From contig CM060734.1 of the NCBI GenBank assembly GCA_030704615.1, forward strand, positions 36,642,001 through 36,706,000: a stretch of DNA of 64,000 bases. Reading direction: 5' to 3'. Within the stretch, counting starts at the first letter, position 1. Every line of letters begins with the position of its first letter. This document shows, piece by piece, positions 10,497-23,300 of the stretch. Origin of the DNA: Takakia lepidozioides. Its lineage: Eukaryota > Plantae > Bryophyta. Under the pieces are notes generated by a model, which had not been told where the DNA came from, made no database searches, and saw only the letters and a list, made by a program, of their open reading frames with translations. Both the position numbers and the translations under genes were made by a program.

Positions 10497-11136
10497 CCCT
10501 TAAACCCCCAGTGCCATAGTTTGACTTTTTCAGAAAACATGACCCCTTAAGTGAAATAAAGATGTAACTTTCAGAAAATTAACTTTTTAAAGAACTTGAC
10601 CGCACATTAGGTGCGTACCTTCCTCCTGCATCCACCTGCCCATTTTGAGGCCAATCAGCCCCAGATCCACAAAATGCCACCGTTGAATATGGGCCCCATT
10701 ATTGGGCCCTTTTGAGAAACATATCCATTTTTGGTAATTTTTTAAAGATTTGAGTGACAGGATCAAATGGGATTGAGGCGAAATTAGCAGGGTTTCATCC
10801 TCTTGAGATCCCTCATCCAACAAGCCAAAAAGTATCCAATTTGGCCAATGCATGTGATGTTGCCACTTGGTCAAACCTGGGAAAATCCCATGTTTCTCTC
10901 CCTCTCTCGCGCGTGTGAAGAATGAAACAACGAGAATTACCTTTATCAAATCGTGACCCCCCTGCTTGCGTGCTTTGCAACTTGGCAGATCCGAGGTGAT
11001 CGGGCAATGAATCTTCGTGTGCCAGGTGCCCAAGAACACTATATTTTTTTTTCACACAATTCCATGGAGAATGCAAAAAGTTATTCAGATTTTCTTAAAC
11101 CCAAAAGCCCGAAACGGGCTACTGGGCGTTTAAGGG
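10497..11136. mobile_element. Degenerate piggyBac-like non-autonomous element (MITE)
   Basis: TTAA (10493-10496) is followed by CCCTTAAACCCCCAGT; the right end ACTGGGCGTTTAAGGG (11121-11136) is a 15/16 inverted match. The right-hand TTAA is missing. Confidence 0.55.
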
Positions 11137-11362
11137 CGTTTTAGTGTCTCTTTGTGTATTTAGACAATGACTGCCACTTGATCAGATTTCAAGCATTCAT
11201 GGATGAATCAGATCATCAGAATCCAATGGGGTTGAGAGTTCGTAGGACTGTGTTTGTATTCAGTTCTACAACAACTATACATGACCCACCCTAGGAAGTG
11301 AGCAGTACCTTAACTTGGAGATAACAGCATTGACGTCAGGGTCCCGGTTGCCGTCTCCTCTC

Positions 11363-14300
11363 TCAAGCCTGGTGAATCATTTGCATGCATGTGAAGGGAA
11401 TCCATTACTGAATGATTCCATGAAAGGTTACAGCTATCACAGATTACAATAAATAAGAAGGGGGCCTCAAGTAAATACATTGTTGGAAGTCAAGTGATGG
11501 TGCAAAAGACAATTTTGTCTGACCTCTTTAACTTCCTTCAGATTTTGTAGCATCGCGTCCTTCTCAGCACTCTCTCTCTTCAATGTTTGCAGCAGCAATC
11601 TCTCCTTGTCAATCTCTTTTTGTAGAACCAGCCGTATCCCTTCCTCTTTCGACTTCTCATCTGCAGTTATTGACAGACCATATTTACTCGTTTGATTCCT
11701 AATGCACACCTTGTCAAGTTAGATAAAACTAGTACAACAGAAAAAAGTACCAGAGTTCATCAAACTCAACCTATAAATGCCACTATCTGTAGCCATGTTG
11801 AACTTAGCCAGTGATGAGGGCTTGGTTCTCAGGTGTGGCCTCAATATGCATATTAAATGCTGGATTTCATCATTGTTGGAGAAGGCTGGATTGGTCATAC
11901 TTCAGGAGAATCCAAAAGGCTGATGGATGAGGGATTCCCTTTATATAACTATGTTAACCATCGCCCTTCTTGCAGGGAGCGGCCAAGAACTAGCTCTGTT
12001 AAGGTCTTTGATGGATGAAGGATGAGAGCAGTGGGGAGAGGGTGCAACGTTATCACAGAAATTTGACTTCAGGCCGTTGATATAACACAGCAGAGAGAGT
12101 TTCGGAAGATTGTGCTGATGCCCAAAAGCACCATTTGGATACCCATCAAAGACTGTTTCAAGGTATTACCTTCCAAACTCGCAACGCTTGCCTTCGCCGC
12201 TGTAAACTGGGCTTGCAAATGAATCACATCATTTTCAAGCTGTTTCTTCTCATCCTTCAACAAATCCAGAGTTGCCAACTGAGCTTCAACTTCCTGTAGT
12301 TGCAACTGGACTTCCTTCAAACTATTTTCAAGTAGTAACTTTGACTGGACCTCCTCTGTGAATCTAACACCCACTTCCATACCCTTTCGCACTGCATTCT
12401 CGAGAGTTTTGATTTCTGCAAGTAATGAACCATTTGCTTTAACGAGCTCCTCAGCTGTTGTTTCCAACTTTCCCTTCTCAAGTGTCACATCACCTAATTT
12501 AGTCTGTAGCTCAGCGTTTTCAATCTCTATCTGTGCAAGCCTCACAATTTTTGCCGAAATTTCTTCCTCGAGAATGGCCCTCATCTCAATGTCTCTAGCC
12601 ATTATGGTAAGCACCTCTTCTGATTTCTTGTTTTTGGCTATCTCGATTGCTAGTGCCTCCCTTAGACGAACCCTCTCTTTCTGTAAGTCATTAACTGAAT
12701 CTTCTAACCTGACTCGCTCTGCTCTAAGCAAAGCTATCTCCTCCTCCGCCAACCTCAAGTTGTTAGCATTGCTCCTCTTCTCCCTGGCCACATTGGCCAA
12801 CCTCTCCTTCACATCATCCAATTCTGCGTTCAGCTTGGGTACTTGCTCCAACGCTGTCCGTGCTTGATTTGCCAACCAATCATTCTTGTCCCTCAGCTCC
12901 TTCAGACATAAACCTCTCGTCAGATCCAAACTATTAAGGGCTGCAGTCTTTCTTGAGCTGGAACCTCACAAAACCTGATCTGCTTCAGCTTGAGCTACTT
13001 AAATCCCAGAAAGATACGGTTAAAGCTCCAACTAGACTCCAAAATTGATCCATCTTCTCCTCTTTACGACGTCACCTTGTACATGCCCAAATGCAATTTG
13101 GCAGCACTGTCAATTTCTGTGGTGCTAAGACTTAAAAGGCATACCAGGGGACCTCAAGGCAGACAAAATCTCAAGCAATGATGTCTCAATGCTTGTCAGC
13201 CATGGTTTGGACATCCCTCAGGCTTTTGAATTGATATTTCTGCAACCTCTTATTATGTGCTTGATATATGTTGAAATTTCATTTCTCTTCAAAATGTGAG
13301 GCAGAAAACAGTTTACAGAAATCTTGTGGAATGAGACAATAAAGTGAGATAATCCAATGAGATATGAGGAAGACTCCTGACCCCAGATCTATCCATTTAA
13401 GAGGCCTTCGGTTACGTAGTTACGAGGACATGATGTGCATATTGGCAGACATGACGAAGCATGAAGTTTCTGAACTTGGTTAGGCAGGAACTCACCAGCC
13501 CATGAGAAATAGAACTTTGGTTTGGATTTATTTCCTTCGAAACTTTTTCCGGTCTCATGGTTCCCAAGCTTTGACTGTACAACAAGAAACTTGTTCTTTG
13601 TGTCTCCCCTCTGTATTTTTAGCCCCCCTATCTTAGTACTAATAGGGTGACTATCTCTTGCCTTAGATCCCATTTTCAACTTGTCAACAAAAGGTTACCT
13701 CATATGTTGATGCGATATCGTGGACATAAAAGAGGAAGAGTATAATTTACCTTCATGCCACCCTTCAGGAGCTTCATGTTTGTCGTCCTCTCAGTAACTG
13801 CTCCCTCTGTTGTTTCCTGGAGACAGGGATTCAACTACGTCAGGCATTGCAGTAATGAAAGGTTGGGGGGTTGATGGCACGAACTCATGCACATAGAAGA
13901 GGAAGGGTACTTTTTACCTTCATGCCACCTTTAGTGAACTGTTTTCTGCTGGTCCTCTCAGCAAGCTCTGCCTGTGTCGGTTGCAGCAGATCAGCCATGG
14001 TACTCTTCATATTCTTGAATGATGTTTGAAGAGCAGCTGGTATCAGCGAACCAGAGTCACTTGCGACTGTGGAGCCTGGAGGCTTCACAGCAGGCAACAT
14101 GAAACTTGAATCCCTTGACTCTTTTCTTGATGGGCGGAACATTCGAGGTGGGGTTGTGGCAAGTACAGCAAGGCCAAAGGTCAAAACACGCATGGTTTCC
14201 CTGCAGTCAGCTATTACTGCCCCTGCAGTCATCCTCTCTTTCACATTTTCCGTTCTTTCTTCTCCCAATGTGGATCTCAGGTTTGCTATTTCAGTGGATA

Positions 14301-17300
14301 GTGCATCTTGCTCCAAAAAACGCAAATCATGGTCTGCTAGCAGCTTTTCATGACCACGTATCCACTCCTCCACCTACCACCAATCAAAGAATTTGATATA
14401 GAGAACGTTTCCAATAACGTAAGCAAAGGATGTCAAACCAGTTCTACAGATTTAGTAATCATTACTCCTAGCTCTGGAAACTTACTCTGACCCAGCAGAT
14501 TCTAATGGACAGTGTATCCATTCCTCCATCTACCACAGAAGATTCTTCAGAACATTGCACAAACCATATTGAAGTGAAACTAGAAAAAAGGGACACCAGC
14601 CCTGGTCATGAGAAAGTGTTAAAAAGATAGCATTCATTTGGTACTGGTTAGATCAATTGATGGAACACTAGTGTTAAGCTAAACTCCAAACCAGGGAGCT
14701 GTGAATTTCAATGAGAATGAGCCTAAGGGTTTCAACTTGCTTAGGCCAGATCTGCAATAGCAGTACAACCTTCCTGATAAGATGGCAGGGTCAAAAAGTT
14801 TGTTCAGTCTATGTGGATCAAATAAGAACTACCTCCCCTTGGGTCAATTGCAGATCCTTGGTCGTTTGTTCGCAGATAAGTGTCTTCTCCTTTAGTTGTT
14901 CTTGCAGTTTGCCCATTCTCTCAACTACATGGTCCAGTTGTTGTCTGAGATCAAACAAAGCACCGCTTTGTACAGATTTTGCCTCTGTTAGGACTGAAAG
15001 CTCATTCTCCAGTCTGTGTAGACGATTTTCCAGCCGCTCAGTTTTATCAATTTTCTCCTCACCCTGTTAGCCCCGCACCCCCTAGAAATAATTTTACTAC
15101 CAGGCTTGAGTTTGACTTTTATGCCATGCAAAACAAGGCCTACAAGAAAAGCCACATTTGCCACCATGCAAAGCTTCGCTATTTGAAGCTTCCCAATGTA
15201 GCTCTTCTTTGGGAAAAAAGAGGAACACCCCCATAAAATAACTTCAAAAACTTCAAAAATCCAGTTTAGCGACTGTTTTTATCTTGGCCTTGAAATTCTG
15301 GCAAATCAGCTGGTGGATCATCCAAGTCTCTCCACTATGACGAGTACAAAGACTTTGGTTTGGGCTTTGTGCCACCATATCAGAGGGAAACTGATGATAG
15401 GACAAAAGATTGTTATCTTAGCTAATAGCCAGAAGGGTGACTTCTTCAATATAGAATGGGGTGCAGCTAAGGGGTCAACTCCTCGGCTTTTTGCCTCTTT
15501 GTTGATGTTCTTCTGAAGCAGTGGCCACATCTTCTAGTAACCTGAATGTGGACGCCGACATTCATTTCTAAAACAGATGACTTGAAAGTGAGTGGTGGTG
15601 GTCACAGTTGGCTTGGATGGCCGAGACAAGTATGAACATCCCTCAACTCTGTTATGACCACAGGCAGCTTGACCAACAGTCAAACATGCCAGGAAAAGGA
15701 TGGATGGAATTTTCAAGTGCTCCATTATCTAAGGAACAAACCACCTAGAGAAGGCAGTCCAGATTATCTGGCTAAAGGCCGCATAGGAATGATGCTAAAA
15801 ATGAGCCAGCTGAAGTCCACCTTGAAACTTACTCTGAGCTTCTTCACAACCTTTGATGAACTAGTGGACTACCTAGAAGTGGTTGAATCAAGGTAGAGTC
15901 TACAGCCAACACTAGGACCAAGGGTAATCGGTTCAGGTAGTATAGATGTATAGATGTATAGAGCAAGCCCCTGAGAGAATGAACCTCTTGATGCAGCTTC
16001 GCTCGCTCTATTTCAAGCTCAGCAACCTTTTTGTCTAAGGAGGCCCGTTCCTTTTTCTCATTGGCCAGATTTTCGATTAGTTTTGCATTGTATGAGTTTG
16101 CTCGTTGTACATGAGCTCTCTCTTCTGCCACTGCCTGTTGCAGCTGGGCTGCCCTCCTGTATGAAGAGTAAGAGGAAGACAAGAAGGTTGAAATGGATAC
16201 AAATAACAATCATAAGACAGCCGATGAACAGACAGATGATCATATCAGGAAAAGTAGAAGACACTTGGATATAAAGATTGCGATAACAAAAGAGGTGAAC
16301 AACATAGACAAGAGCGCCAAATTGTGTAGAAGAGTGCACAGAGTAATGAGAGTTGTATGCATTGGACTTTGCTTGCTTGCACCCATAGTACCCCCTCCAA
16401 CCCACAAGCAGGGAGAGAAGAAGATTGTTTTTGTATGTCTGTCTGCAAGCCTCAAGGACTCATGAGATCAAAAGACCACTTCAAATTAGATTTCCAGATT
16501 AAAGCTTTGATGGACTCACTTTGTTCCTGCCAAACATACTTCTCATGCATGTATGTTGCAAATACTTCTAGTGTTTGCAACTTAAGGCCTTGTACTTCAG
16601 TTGAACAGTATCTTAACATAAGATATCACAGAGACCTGTTGTGTCCCTCAACAGAGAGCCACACAGTCCATGCACCAACCGATTGGTCTGACCATGTGTG
16701 TTCGTTCATTGGGAGTCCCTAGGAGTCCCAAATTCCTGGAGACGAAGATATACAAATTTCTCTCTCCCAAATGATGACCTGATGGACCTTACTAGATGAT
16801 GTTTCCTTGAGACACATGGATTGACATCAAATCACTACCCACAGACTGGCCTTGAGTGGAGGCTCATAGGCACAATCGTCTTGAGACTCTCAGTATTCTG
16901 GCAAAGGAACAAAGTCTCCACCCTTGGACCAAACTCTCCAAGCCCTCTCTACAACTCCCAGCAACTATCACCTTGGACTGAGGCAGGAAGGGAGTGGCTG
17001 CTTCCAGAGGAGAGCCCTCCTACACACTCTCTAGTCCAGTCTTTCTCATATTGAAAGCCTTATATGACCCTCCTCTCAAGAGAAACTGTACTCATAAGAC
17101 TTTGTTTGACGTAGCCTTGTGGCCATAGACCCCACGCCCAGTTTGGACGGAAACAGAGGGAATAGACACTACGTTTGTGAGGGGCTCACTCCAGTTGTGG
17201 GACTTACCTTGATATAAACAATTAGTTCAGGCTTTCCAGATATCCTCTAGAAAGCCCTTCACACAAGCAACAATCTGCTATGTGTGAGCAGCCCGAAAGT

Positions 17301-20300
17301 TAGACCCCAACAGGGCCAGGGCTTTAGGCTCAGCCTCAAGGTCTTGAAAAGAGATTGAGAATGTACTCATAAGACATTGTTTGCCGTAGCCACATAGACC
17401 CCCTGCTGGGCTTGTCATAGCCTTGTGGCCATTGACCCCACAGGAAACTTACCCTCCCGGAGCCTACTGTGGGGTTCGCACCCACCAGGGTTTAGCTTAT
17501 CCCTACAGCTCAGCTACAGGTATAAACTTATTTTCCTGCAACTGCCATTAAGGCACTCACAGAGGTACTTGTCCACATGCAAACTCGACAGCCCCGTTGC
17601 AGAGTTATTGATTTTAGTTTGATAGCCCTGCGTTTACCACAGAAATGGGAAGGTCTCTACCTGTCACTCTGGGTTGTGTGCAGGGCAGAAGCAGGAGAGG
17701 AGTTCAAAGCATTCACAGACAAAATCAGGAAAGCAGATTTTGCCCAACGCTGAAGCATGAGCAGTTACGCTACTGTCATTCATTCGAATTACATATTGCT
17801 GTACAGACAGTGAGGCTTATCTTGCAAAAAACTATCCTGAGGGTAGACAAGAACACAGCCAAGGCCCTCTTAGTTTAAGAGAGACCGAGGACCCAAATGC
17901 ACATTGCCTTGTGTAGAAAACCTGTTAGGTTATGCAATTCTCACCCCATGACAGGTTAGATGGATCAAAAGAGTAGCTGTTCTGGTTATGGCTGCATTCT
18001 GGAGCAAATGCAGCTTGGATTCTTGGCTTGTTATGGGTGCCACATGCGCCTTGGTTTCTAGCTAGCTACGTGAGCTTCGTACGACTTTGCCATTAAATGC
18101 TTGTCAGCATCATGCTCTCAGCCCTCCATCACTCAAGGTGCTAGTGATTGGGAACTCTTACTCCATCCTTTTATTGGGGCTTGTTTTTCCCAGAAGGTGG
18201 GTTACCTTGGCCACTTTCTACTTGTTAGGCTGCACTCAGCATGTTCCACTAACATCTTCTGAGTGAGGATTGCTCAACTAGCTGAGTTGTGAGCCAAGTT
18301 TATAGATTACAAACTATGTTCTGGGGTGATCCCATTTATAACCTAAGGACTTAAGTGACCGAGAGAGTAATGTCACTGGAGAGAAATGAATGTTTTCATT
18401 CTCTGGCCCACTTTCACAATTGTAAGGCCTGCTGAAATTTAGAATAAAAGCACAGAAGGAAACTCTTTGTAGTGTTCTCACGACAACCACAGTTGGTTTT
18501 CAGTCTCAGCACCTTCCGGAAACACCCTTTGTGTGAGACATGGGATACAGGAGTTCCACACTAAGGAGAAGACCCTAGACACTGTAGAGCGTGTTTTCAA
18601 AAGCAACCCATTTCAGTCACAAAGTACTGTTGGATAGTTTACATATATGCAATAGGAAAGGCCAGGCTAGCGGTGTAAAAAGAATTTCAGGGAAAAACTG
18701 CTCAGAACAGCAGAAAATTAATGTGTATCTGTGTTACAATTGGTCCTATAGTTAATCACTTTCAATATGCCATATACAGCATAAGAACATTCCTGCCCAC
18801 TACTATTATACAACGGTACAAAGATGTGAGCAGTACTTTCTGAGGACTGTGAGTTCATCCTCCTTGCCCTCCTCCTTCCCCTCGTCCTCGTCCTCGTCCT
18901 CGTCCCCGTCCTCCTCTTTTCCAATTCCTCCCATTTCAACAATCTGGATGTAGGACTTTCGATGTATAGCGGCGAGCCTTTCTATCATCTTTGTGGCTTC
19001 CTGTAGCTGAAATATGACAAGTAAAAGGTTCTATCAAGTGTGTGGATGAAGGGAAAGAAGAGAGATATCTAAAATTTCACATACTGCAGGAGCAGATGAT
19101 ATTCTATGGTCCATTGCATGCCATATCCACGGCCCCATCCTTCACCCTACTCTCTCCTCTCTTCAGGCTTAAGTTGTACTAAACTATGTAAATAACCCCT
19201 TTCATAGCCTTGAATGTCAAATAAACAATGAATTCACACCTAACACACATCCAATGCATTCCAAAAGGCACAGCAGTAAACACTTAGGCAGTGATCTGTA
19301 GCATGGAGAAGACTCAGATTGACAAACAACAGGAGGCCAACCTTTGAGAGCAATCGTGATCAACATGCCACAGCCCTGTGACTATTTAGGTCCACAATAA
19401 ATTGACTTCTACATCTACAAAGTTGTAAGAAGGAGCCCTAAGTTTTGATAATGATGAGCCAAGGCTATGGTAACAAACACTGTTTGGTCCCCACAAATGG
19501 AAACAGCGAGTAAACTACTAAAATCCCCAGCCTTGTGCTTACCCTGGAGTCAACCCACGAGACGACCACTCACTGAGATGACCATTCCTGCACTGAGTAG
19601 TCACCCAAACACACCTTCAGGGAAGATAGATTGTACTCATAAGACGTTGTTTGCCGTAGCCTTGTGGCCATTGACCCCGCGCCCAGTTTGAGCGGGAACA
19701 AAAGGGACAGAACCTACCTCTGTCAGGGGCTGACGTTGGTAGTAAGACTTACCTCCATATAAAGAATTAATCGGGGTTTTCCAGATATCCTCTAGAAATC
19801 CCTTCACACAAGCATCAATCTGCTGTGTGTGATTTGCCCAAAAACTAGGCCTCAGGAGGGCCTGGGCTTTTGGCTCAGCCTCGAGACTTTCAAAGTTGGT
19901 AAACAGGGGTACAGGCACAATTCCCTTAATAGATTTGAAGAGAGCGTCTCTTTGGTGAGAGAACCCCGGACAGTGTATCAGAAAATGAATACTGTCTTCA
20001 GATTGCCCACACAACGGGCAATTGCACTCTCCCTTTCCTCTCTGCTTCTGTTTGCTGTTCAAAGGTAGGCTTCCTGCCCTGAGTTTAAATTTCAGTCTAG
20101 TGCCGAGAGTGGGTAGACCCTTGAGGTCATCCAAGATGTCCTCCCCCATGTCACAGACTGGAAACAAGTTCAGGGAAGTTTTCTGCCTAACTTCATTTTC
20201 ATCAGACAATCTCATGGCAACAGACATGGCTGAGGACACTACAGCCTCTTAAGTCAGATTTATCCAGCAGGGTCAAGACTTGCGGATCCAGGTCCAGGTC

Positions 20301-23300
20301 CTTGAGGATCTCTTCTACTCTCTTCTGCCAGGACTTAGCCTGTTTGACAGGGCGGTCCTGTGTCCAAGATATAGAATCGATTAACTTAGGATATCTGGTG
20401 TTGGGCATATGTTGCAGCTGACCCCACCATCTGACCTTGAATTCATCTCGTCGGGAGCTTAAGGACGGAATGCCAAACTCACCCCGAACAGCCACATTGG
20501 CTGTTTTGGAGCATGCTGACATACACTCCTTAAGCACCCCCACTTGAATGGATTCTAGAGACTTAGCCTGGTTGGAGTTATCAACCCATATAGCAGATCC
20601 GTACTCCAAGGCAGGTCTAATAACGCGACAAAGCATGGTTTTCTTAACCTCAGAGTTGACCCCTCTGCAGTGGAAAAATTTAGTGAGCCCCAGAGCTTTG
20701 CCCTTGCCAGTTTGAACAACTTTCCGGATATGTGCATCCCAATTACAATTGGAGGAGAACTCAACGCCCAGGTAAGTGTAGGAAGGGAGGACCGGGATCT
20801 CTTGGCTACCCCACTGCCACTTAAGATCACTTCCTCCCTCTCCTCTGTCGTTGAATGCTACCACTGCACATTTGCTGACATTAGCCTCTAGCCCCCAAAG
20901 ATCAATGTATCTCTTCGCGCAATCAATCAACTCCTGGAGATTGGTTGGAGTCTCCCCTATGCCTGCGAAGTCATCCGCAAACATAAGGGCTGGTATGGTA
21001 GTATCACCCACCCTTAACCCAAATCCCTCACTTTCCACATCCTCGAGGAGTTTATTGATGAAAACATTGAAGAGTAGAGGGGAGAGAGTACATCCTTGAG
21101 CTACACCTTGGTCTATGTCAAAGAAGTTGGACTTCTGTCCGTTAACAGTGACACAGCTTTTGGTGTGAGCATACAAGTTGTGGACAACTCTCCACATCTT
21201 TCCCTTGATCCCACAAGACCAGAGGCGGAACCATAGGCCATCTCTCCACACTGTGTCATAAGCCTTTTTGACATCCAGGAAAAAGACATAAGTGGGTTTC
21301 CCTTCTTTTTTCCTTCCCTGGATAATCTGGCTTAGAGTGAAGATATGATCCACACAGCCCCTGTTTCGCCGAAAGCCAGCTTGGCCTTCGTGGAAACAAC
21401 CTCTAGACTCCAGATCAACCTCGAGACGAGTACTTATAACTCTGCAGAATGTCTTGCCAACAGCATTGAGGCGCGTGATGCCATGGTAGTTCCCCGGTTC
21501 TTCTCTGTCACCCTTCTTGTCTAGATTGACAATGACCCCCTGTCGCCAGCGAAAGGGGATCATTTCAGTCTTCCAGATAAGGTTAAAGAGGAGAACTAGG
21601 GCCTCTATCATGGGATCGCCACCGTGCTTGATAAGCTCGTTGACAATACCATCAGGTCCACCAGCTTTATATCCATTTAAATGTTCAATTGCATCCACAA
21701 TCTCAGAAGAACTAATGGGAGCATTATAAGCCATTGAAATATACTCCAGTTCATCAGGGAAGATAGAAAGAGGACAGAAGGTAGGCCCTTCCCATGAGAG
21801 CTCATATAGCAGCACAGCGCACCAACCCTTGTAACGTGTTTTTTGGTACTTCCCAGTAACAGCTCTGGATCGAAGAGCTCACACCCATACTGACCTGAGC
21901 CTTGGTCTGTTGGTGCTCTCGAGTTAAATTAGCATACTGCTGTCGAAAGGAGGCAACTTGCTGTTCTGCTTCCTTTACTTGTTCCTTTGCATCCGCCACC
22001 TATATCCAATCCCCATGTGGTTCATTTTAGACTTCTAATATTTATGACTGGGAATATCCTGGGAATCCACACAACATATGAGCACAATCAAAGATGTATC
22101 CAATTCGGCAAGTCTGCCTGAGGCTTCGCACTTGAATGACCGTTCTCGCCACCAGGCAGACTAATGAGGAAAGAGCACCCAAAAGTCAGGGGCAGAGTGA
22201 CAAGATCTAAAGAAACCTCCTCTTGTTCCCCATTAACGAGTCATTGTCTTCCTGAAGATCATACATATGCTCCATGGGAGCATCTGTACTTGGAGGGTAT
22301 TAATCTGACTCCTAGTCTTCAAGAAAAGAAGCGGTACATATGTACTGACTCCTCATGGGTGCATGTCATTGTGGATTACAGATAGCAGTGTTGAGATTAG
22401 AAAACAACAAATATCATTAGTTTCGCCAACCTCCCATTTTCTGCTCATAGAACATTCATGGATTTGGCTTGTTAGGCTTCAGGCCTCAACCTCCCTCAAC
22501 TGGAGTGAGAAAGGGGCACAGCTGCACTGCATTGTAGTGAAAGCAAAACAGCAATCTGAGACAACAGCATGTTGTCGCAATGTCTTCAGTTTTAACTCTC
22601 CAATTAACCGAAACAATTCTTTTAAAGATTCTTGCATTGCAACATAGAACTGGCATATGTGGAAATAGAAGTGTATCGAACCTGGTGCAAAGATTGATGG
22701 TTTCAAGATTACCAACCTCTTTTTTCCTAGTCTCGATCATGGCAACCTCCTGCTTGGAGCTCTCAACAATTGATAGTAATTTAAGAGACTCCAGTGAAAG
22801 CCCATCAAGTGCCTCATTTAGACATGCACGAGTCACCTTTAGCTCATCCACAGCCTGCTGTTTTTCCTTTAATAGCTCTGCGACTTCGGCCTTGAAAATG
22901 ATCTTTGCACCAAAACAGAAAACAGAGAAGCATTAAAATTGTGTGAACTGTCGTATCATGGAGAGAGCTCTAAGTGAATGGGGGAGGGGATGTGTATATG
23001 AATTTGAGGACGGGCCTGAGAATACAAAACCTTCACGTAGTATGAAAGTTAATTCTTCTTTACAATAGAGGAAGACAAGATTGAAACAGGGACACAGAAA
23101 AGAAAGAATGAAACGTATGACACCCAAGCAATGTCCAAGGGTTACAGAACCAAAACACAACCAAAGAACTACTCAAGCGTGGCACGAAGGCAAAATGCCT
23201 AACGAAGGTGAGCCACTAGCCAGTTTGGGTCCTCATACCGTAAGGCATCTGTCAGGGATGGAGAATCTCTAGCGGGGCACAAGAAGAAGATCAAAGGATA

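Noticed and set aside
12358-15070. Plus-strand ORFs rich in S/L/F (12358-12867, 14069-14353, 14711-15070)
   Set aside because: Antisense shadows of the E/K-rich coiled-coil exons.
17418-17525. Apparent tRNA-headed SINE sharing the LINE 3' tail (A/B-box-like TAGCTGAGCTG, GGGTGCGAACCCC)
   Set aside because: Homology with the 55-56 kb copy extends well beyond the supposed head and translates like the LINE C-terminus, so it is better read as a second LINE subfamily.
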